From: an uncultured Nitrospiraceae bacterium
GTDB taxonomy: Bacteria; Nitrospirota; Nitrospiria; Nitrospirales; Nitrospiraceae
Direction of reading: 5' to 3'
Assembly: GCA_963846575.1 (NCBI GenBank)
Contig: CAWJWJ010000001.1
Location: 768,001-832,000 of the forward strand
Length of the DNA: 64,000 bases
Positions 58,406 through 64,000 of the stretch are shown one piece after another. The notes under the pieces are model-generated. The model saw only the letters and a list, made by a program, of their open reading frames with translations, made no database searches and was not told where the DNA came from. Each line of letters begins with the position of its first letter. The first letter of the stretch is position 1. Position numbers and translations under genes: made by a program.

Positions 58406-59731
58406 TTATCCTTGAATCATGGCGTGACGGTATACGAAATCTAAGGCCTTATCCGCTAAGATTCTGGCCTGAAGATCATCCAGGGTGTCTTTCCCGCCAG
58501 CCTGAATCATGCGTCGAACCTCGTCACTAGAAAGTTTGACCTCTGCGGCAAGTCTCTCAATCTCATGGTTTAGATCTTCATTTGTGACGGAGATGCTTTC
58601 TTTTGTGGCGACAGCTTCAAGAATTAATCCCACCTTCACCCGTCGCTCTGCTTCCGGCCGATATTCTTCTTGGAGCTTGGTGACGTCATCTGCTTGAGAG
58701 TCTGAGGGGGAAGGATCAGAATTGTCCGTTGATTTGCGCTGACGGGATTGCAACTGCTGCCGAACCATGGCTGACAGTTCTCGCTCAACCAATGTTTGCG
58801 GTAGTTCAAAGTGATGAGTTTCTGCCAGACGTTTTAGAATTGTGTCCTTGTAAGAATCCTCAATGTCTTTTTGTAAAGCCCGCTCCATTTCGGCTCGAAG
58901 TTTGTCGCGAAGCTCCTGCAAGGACTGGTAGGGTCCGCAGTCTTTGGCGAATTCATCGTCCAAAGCAGGAAGCTGCTTCTGCTTTATCGATTGGATGGTA
59001 CAACGAAACGTCACGGTCTTGCCCGCAACCCGAGCATCAGGGTGAGTGGCAGGATAGGCTTGCGGGATAACGACCGTTTCCGCTTCCTTCTTCGCCAAAA
59101 GATGGGGCTCTACGTCGATGCCTAACACGGATGCATGTGAGCCCACCTTGTGCAGGTGGGCCTGTTTTGTGGTCCCTTCGAGCGGGATGCCATCCAAGCT
59201 GCCTTCGACATTAAGGATTGCGAAATCACCCTCTGCCAAGGCCGTTCCCGTTGGCGCCGGATGCAGTTGGGCCATTTGCTCGCGGAGAACGTCGAGGGCT
59301 TTCTCAACTTGTTCGTCGGTCACTGTGCGGTGATCCTGCTTGAGCGAGATGGGATTGGGGGCTTTGTAATCTCTCAGTTCGATTGTCGGCTTGATTTCGA
59401 CAGTGGCGGTGAAGCTGAAGGGAGTGTCCTTCTTGACCTTGACCCGTTCCAGCGGAGGAATTTCAACGAGTACTGGGACTATCCCTGCCTGGCGAATGGC
59501 TCGATCATAATAATCTGGCACCAAGCCTCGAATGACATCCTCTTCGACGGTCTTTGCGTAACGTTTTTCCAACAATTGTAATGGGGCTTTTCCGGCCCGG
59601 AAACCGGGGATATGGACTTGCCGGTTCAGTTCCGAGTAGGCTCGGACAAAGCGCAAGTTCACTTCATCTGCCGGAACTTCGATTTTGAGGGCCCTCTTCA
59701 TAGGGCCGAGTTCGGTCATTTCCAATTTCAT
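58406..59731 (-). CDS. tig: Trigger factor
   Basis: IPGFRAGKAP ribosome-binding motif, LPALDDEFAK, upstream of clpP; GAGG RBS. Confidence 0.95.
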   Translation of the reverse strand: MKLEMTELGPMKRALKIEVPADEVNLRFVRAYSELNRQVHIPGFRAGKAPLQLLEKRYAKTVEEDVIRGLVPDYYDRAIRQAGIVPVLVEIPPLERVKVKKDTPFSFTATVEIKPTIELRDYKAPNPISLKQDHRTVTDEQVEKALDVLREQMAQLHPAPTGTALAEGDFAILNVEGSLDGIPLEGTTKQAHLHKVGSHASVLGIDVEPHLLAKKEAETVVIPQAYPATHPDARVAGKTVTFRCTIQSIKQKQLPALDDEFAKDCGPYQSLQELRDKLRAEMERALQKDIEDSYKDTILKRLAETHHFELPQTLVERELSAMVRQQLQSRQRKSTDNSDPSPSDSQADDVTKLQEEYRPEAERRVKVGLILEAVATKESISVTNEDLNHEIERLAAEVKLSSDEVRRMIQAGGKDTLDDLQARILADKALDFVYRHAMIQG

Positions 59732-59793
59732 AGGCCTAATCGCTTCCTCTGGATACGTATAATTGTTGGCGTCACGCAGGGGCACTGAGTTAA

Positions 59794-59876
59794 TGGTGCG
59801 AGAGGGGGGACTTGAACCCCCACGGTTACCCACGAGATCCTAAGTCTCGCGCGTCTGCCAGTTCCGCCACTCTCGC
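59794..59876 (-). tRNA. tRNA-Leu(TAG)
   Basis: Acceptor stem GCGAGAG/CTCTCGC + ACCA; anticodon arm CGAGA-CTTAGGA-TCTCG; GGTTCAAGTCC T-loop. Confidence 0.96.
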
Positions 59877-60171
59877 GCGACGCTGACACCAGGCTGCTCG
59901 CTGATGCTACATACGAAATGTGCCTGCTGGTGGAAAGATCCGTTGAATAGTGCCATTTTGTACCGTCGATCGAGTCTACCTGTCAACCCATACGCCTGCG
60001 GGGCGCATTTGTTTTAGCATCTGCTAGCACGCTCGTCCCCCTCGACCTCGAGTTGCAAGGGACCCTCTGTTGGTCCATTACTGGCACCACAGTTATTGAC
60101 GAGGGTATAATGACATATCCGCTCCTCATAACCTACCGCTCTTGAGTCTCTTCGGGAAGGAGGAACCGGTC

Positions 60172-61257
60172 ATGAAACCTGCTGCTTCGATCGCCGCAAC
60201 ATTCTTCGGCCTTCTGGTGTTCGGAATGGTTCCCACTGTTTCGGCCTATCGGGACTACTTTACCCTGGAGCAAAAGGATCAACTTGGGAAAATTCAGACC
60301 GTTTTGGTGGATGCCATTGTCCTGACCGATAAAGGGGTTGGTAATGCAGAGGCAATTAAGGAAGTTGTAATGCATCGTATGCGCCATCTGGGCTATGCAG
60401 TGGTAGCACAAGCCAGTAACCCCCATGATGTTCTCCTCAGGGTGAAGTGTGAGCAACGTAAGACGTGGGAAGGGACAGCCTCTGCAGGCGGGGATAATGA
60501 CCTGCCCGATGCTCCCTCGCGTTTGTGGAAGGGGCCAGCCTGCCAGATCACCTATGAGCTGGGCGGAATCAAGGTGAAGTGGCAAAAAGAGGTTCGTACT
60601 GAGTTTGTCGATGCGGTTCAGGCTGCTCAGTCAGCTCATAGTGAAGACCCCGGTTTGTACGCGGTAGGTGCACTCCGTGATGCGCTTGAGAAATACGAAT
60701 TTCCTCTGCTATTGACGGCTGAGTGGGGTCAACCGGATCGGTTGCTGAAGTTCATGGACTCACGTGAAGCCACTCAACTTCAAAAGTTGAAGATCATTTC
60801 TTTGTTGGGCGAAATGGAAGCAGATGAGGCGCTGCCACGCCTCAGGGAGGCGCTGAAAGACAAAGGACTGGCGGCGCAAGCCGCAGTGGCGCTCGGGAAC
60901 ATGGGAAAAGAAGGGATCCCTGTACTGGTGGATATTCTCAAGCATTCAAAGCGACCTGAACTGCAAGCGGCTGCTGCAAAAGGTTTGGGTGATCTAGGCA
61001 ATATTCATAATGATCCAAGGGTGGTTCCTCCGTTGCTTGAAATGTTGGACGCACCGGGTATCGACATTACGGTTCAAACCGAGATCGCCTGGGCCTTGGG
61101 GCATGTGCCGGACCGACGCTCGGTAGAACCGCTGTTCGCGCTCGACAGGAAGCTCCAGAAAATTAGGAATGATCCTCCTGACCCCCAGGTTAAAAAACTC
61201 AAAGAAGCGGTCTTTTGGTCAATTAAGCAGGTCTACACGGAGGATCAGTACAGCTGA
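60172..61257 (+). CDS. Exported HEAT-repeat-containing protein
   Basis: AGGAGG RBS; signal peptide; C-terminal AAVALG / AAAKGLG / EIAWALG repeats. Confidence 0.82.
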   Translation: MKPAASIAATFFGLLVFGMVPTVSAYRDYFTLEQKDQLGKIQTVLVDAIVLTDKGVGNAEAIKEVVMHRMRHLGYAVVAQASNPHDVLLRVKCEQRKTWEGTASAGGDNDLPDAPSRLWKGPACQITYELGGIKVKWQKEVRTEFVDAVQAAQSAHSEDPGLYAVGALRDALEKYEFPLLLTAEWGQPDRLLKFMDSREATQLQKLKIISLLGEMEADEALPRLREALKDKGLAAQAAVALGNMGKEGIPVLVDILKHSKRPELQAAAAKGLGDLGNIHNDPRVVPPLLEMLDAPGIDITVQTEIAWALGHVPDRRSVEPLFALDRKLQKIRNDPPDPQVKKLKEAVFWSIKQVYTEDQYS

Positions 61258-61479
61258 AGACTGCTGGCGCTCATTCCGATTCGGTCACTTCTCTGTCCAC
61301 GTCGCGAGCTTCATGCTGAAGGGAAGGAGGGAATTTACGACCAGTGCGCTAAAAGGGGGGGAAGTTACTCGCCATAGATCATGAGAGGCCTGCCGCCGAC
61401 GTGGTGGTGCTCGGCCAGGGCGCCGGTGTTAGGGAGTCTACGGCCGACTGAAGTAACCGGTCAGAATGGCCGCCCGAGG

Positions 61480-63249
61480 TTACAATGCCGCCAGGGCCTG
61501 ATGGATCGCCTGGTAGAGCTGATCTACAGCCACTTCTTTGTTGAGGAATGCCGCGGCCCCGGCCTCTCTCATCGCAGCTTCCACCTGCCCAGCGGTGTGT
61601 ACCGACAGTCCGATCACCACCATCGCTGGATATTTTCGCTTGATGAGTCGAGTGGCCTCGATCCCGTCTAGTTTGGGCATCGTGATATCCATCAGAACCA
61701 CATCGGGCTCAAGCTGGTGGGCCAGCGCTACCGCTTCTTCTCCATTTGCCGCCTCTCCTATGACATGAATTTCGGTGTACTCTTTTAAGAGCCCGCAGAG
61801 GCCCTGACGCACCATGGCGTGATCATCGGCCACAAGGACTCTGATTGTTGTTCCGTTAGCATTCTTTGCCGGTTGAACCCGTACCGCCGCACCATGATCG
61901 TTCCCGTTGTTCGTGGCGACGTGTCTGTGAGCCAGGAATGGCTCGTTCGGTCTCACCTCAGGTTCTTCCATGGTCGGGGAGGATGATGGGCCGACCCTGG
62001 GCGTGATCGGTACAACCAGCGTTGCCAATGTGCCTTTTCCAGGGCCTGTCTGAATCTCGAACCGGCCGCCTAGTGATAGCATTCGTTCTCTGGTGCTGAA
62101 CAGGCCAAAGCCCGGAGCAGTCATGTCTGAGCGAGCTCGAAGTGCCACTGCGGACAGATCAAACCCTTTGCCTTGGTCGGACACAGTAATGCGTAACCAT
62201 CCGCTCATTTCTTCGACAACAACCGCCGCCTCACGGACTTGGGCATGTTTCGCGCAGTTGATCAGCAGTTCACGAGTTGATTGAAACAACAGCAATGCGA
62301 GTTCTTCAGGCAATGGCGGAAAATCTGGCTTTATTTCAAGCACGACAGCCAGGTTCCGCTGGTGCATTTGTTCAGCGAGCCATTGCAAGGCCATTGGCAG
62401 GCCGAACTCATGAAGGATAGGGGGGCTGAGTTGGGATATGAGGGTTCGTGTATAGGCCAGGGCATTATCCGTGACGTCGAGTACCTCGGCGAGAATTTTA
62501 GCCAGAGGGGGGGGCATTGATTGTTGTCTAGCCTGGCCCAGCTTCATGCGACTGAGTGCGAGAAGCTGCCCAAGGTAGTCGTGAAGATCGGTGGCGAGAC
62601 GCTGGCGCTCTCGTTGCTCCGTCAAGTTCAACTCTGCCGCCAAGGCTCGCAGTTGTTCCTGGGACTGCGTCAATTCCCGCGTTCGTTCCTCGACCCGCCT
62701 CGTGAGGTCACTATTCGCCTTTCGCACGCGCTCTTCACTGTCGTGCAACGAGCGTACGAGATGGGCATTTTGAATGGCAATTGCCGCTTGGGTGGCGGCG
62801 ACGTTGAGAATGAGGTGGGCAGAGGGGGTGGGTGGCCGTTCCTTGGGAAAAGCGGCGGCAATGACGCCCCATTCTGACTCATGCCCTAGCGATCGTGCGG
62901 TTACTTGCAGAGTCGAGGCGTTGGGGGGGTGTGGCAGAGTCAGGAGTTCGTCCGGATCGTGAGCGCGGCTCCAGTCATACAGTACCCGTCCGTGCGATTC
63001 AGCGAGTGACGGGCTTGTTTGATACCGATCGATTTGAGCGACCGAAATGGACGAACGGCCTTGACGTTCCGTGAAATATACATAGACAAACACCGCATCG
63101 AGAGTTGCGAAAATGGCGGCAGCCAGGCTTTCAGCAATCCGGACGGGATCGGCGCCTGACCAGACTGCTGGCAGCGTCGAAAGGGCTACAATATCACGCA
63201 GACATTGCTGCGCCTCTTGCGCGCTCGTGTTTTGAAACTCCGAGGACAT
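61480..63249 (-). CDS. Hybrid kinase: GAF-like + NarX/UhpB-type HisKA_3 + HATPase + NarL-type receiver
   Basis: ERQRLATDLHDYLGQ, ELLINCAKHA, DQGKGF, GFGL; receiver VADDH...LMDITMPKLDG. Confidence 0.9.
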   Translation of the reverse strand: MSSEFQNTSAQEAQQCLRDIVALSTLPAVWSGADPVRIAESLAAAIFATLDAVFVYVYFTERQGRSSISVAQIDRYQTSPSLAESHGRVLYDWSRAHDPDELLTLPHPPNASTLQVTARSLGHESEWGVIAAAFPKERPPTPSAHLILNVAATQAAIAIQNAHLVRSLHDSEERVRKANSDLTRRVEERTRELTQSQEQLRALAAELNLTEQRERQRLATDLHDYLGQLLALSRMKLGQARQQSMPPPLAKILAEVLDVTDNALAYTRTLISQLSPPILHEFGLPMALQWLAEQMHQRNLAVVLEIKPDFPPLPEELALLLFQSTRELLINCAKHAQVREAAVVVEEMSGWLRITVSDQGKGFDLSAVALRARSDMTAPGFGLFSTRERMLSLGGRFEIQTGPGKGTLATLVVPITPRVGPSSSPTMEEPEVRPNEPFLAHRHVATNNGNDHGAAVRVQPAKNANGTTIRVLVADDHAMVRQGLCGLLKEYTEIHVIGEAANGEEAVALAHQLEPDVVLMDITMPKLDGIEATRLIKRKYPAMVVIGLSVHTAGQVEAAMREAGAAAFLNKEVAVDQLYQAIHQALAAL

Positions 63250-63315
63250 CGCTATCCGTGAGTCATGGCGACCCTTCTTCTTCTTTTAAAAGCCAGAACC
63301 CAATTCCATGCAGTT

Positions 63316-63957
63316 TCAGACTGCGGCTGCGGTATTTTTTCGCTGTTTCAGTTCCTTGAGGAACACATCGGGCTCGACATACAGCGGATTTTCCTGCAGC
63401 ACACCGCCGATCAGTACCATTGGGTGTGTGCGTAGAATATCCATGACGACGCTGCCACTATGTTTATTGAGGTCGTATACGCAGATGACTGGATCGGGGT
63501 ATTTCGGCAACACATAATTGAGTTTCGTCTCATACTCGACGATATCGGTGACTCCAGGCGCAGTTTCCAGAGCCCATTCCATATTACCCATCAGCCGTGT
63601 CAGCTTGTATTTCCCGCGATTAGCCTCCAGCACGCCCTCCAGGATATGAGTCATTCGTTCACCGTCGAAATAGCCATCCTTGAGATAGGCGTCTTCCCAA
63701 TGGCGGACTTCAAGCTGACCGCTCTGTTGCGCCGCATCCACATCGATGCCGGCTCCGCGGCAGGCTCGCATATGATCATCGTGGAGCCGAGCATCGACGA
63801 TATGGAATATCTTTTCCTCTCGGTCGATACCATCCTTGAAGAACGGCATAAGGACCTTGTTTTGATCCTCACGCGAATTGAAGAACGCGCAGATATGCCG
63901 CGTTTCCTTCAATGTCCGTCCCGCAAACCGCATGGGAGTTGTCGCGACAGCATTCAT
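63316..63957 (-). CDS. Stand-alone MEDS (DcmR-like sensory) domain protein
   Basis: RHICAFF, PFFKDG, AYLKDGYFD, RLMGNMEWA, EYETKLN, ICVYD, DILRTHP. Confidence 0.88.
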   Translation of the reverse strand: MNAVATTPMRFAGRTLKETRHICAFFNSREDQNKVLMPFFKDGIDREEKIFHIVDARLHDDHMRACRGAGIDVDAAQQSGQLEVRHWEDAYLKDGYFDGERMTHILEGVLEANRGKYKLTRLMGNMEWALETAPGVTDIVEYETKLNYVLPKYPDPVICVYDLNKHSGSVVMDILRTHPMVLIGGVLQENPLYVEPDVFLKELKQRKNTAAAV

Positions 63958-64000
63958 TTGAGTGCTCCCTTCTCGACGCCCCGTCGGGGCCATAAGCTGA

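Noticed and set aside
59732..59833. N-terminal extension of trigger factor
   Set aside because: It runs through tRNA-Leu(TAG); the real start is 59731
60082..60111. Sigma54 site (TGGCAC) or TTGACG/TATAAT pair upstream of the HEAT gene
   Set aside because: No TTGC at -12, and the two sigma70 hexamers are only 4 nt apart
1..64000. CRISPR arrays, IS elements, prophage or rRNA genes
   Set aside because: No regularly spaced repeats and no transposase, integrase, phage or rRNA signatures were seen

Overview
Bacterial chromosomal window, most likely from a Nitrospira-lineage organism. This is inferred from the two-NuoM complex I operon and overall gene content, not from a database search. From left to right it holds: (1) a light/photo-oxidative stress cluster (PDZ, TPR-like and membrane genes, CPD photolyase, YbgA/RudS-type DUF523-DUF1722 protein, a small CbiX chelatase, a decayed SnoaL/NTF2-like pseudogene, then SDR, flavin oxidoreductase, DUF1365 and Cfa-type methylase), followed by pyrE; (2) a CHASE3 kinase, receiver and hybrid kinase relay; (3) an atypical complex I operon nuoA-B-C-D-G-I-J-[sugE/gdx]-K-L-M-M-N with no nuoE/F/H, a 26-aa insertion in the NuoL lateral helix, and a second NuoM lacking the TM7 lysine; (4) a ~300-nt structured intergenic ncRNA candidate with its own promoter upstream of nuoA; (5) an OmpA/MotB protein, a PriA with all ATPase motifs eroded, and a PAS pseudokinase; (6) a ~5-kb gene-poor islet ending at tRNA-Leu(GAG) that carries a hybrid kinase with an unnamed N-terminal domain; (7) housekeeping genes (HAD hydrolase, queE, pepA, nagZ, APC permease, C26 hydrolase, M24 peptidase), a tandem desulforedoxin-like protein, an elongated TatA, and two PilZ paralogs with a degenerate motif; (8) tRNA-Leu(TAG)-tig-clpP-clpX and a MEDS plus NarX-type hybrid kinase pair. 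No CRISPR array, rRNA, transposase or integrase was seen. All family assignments come from motif recognition by eye.
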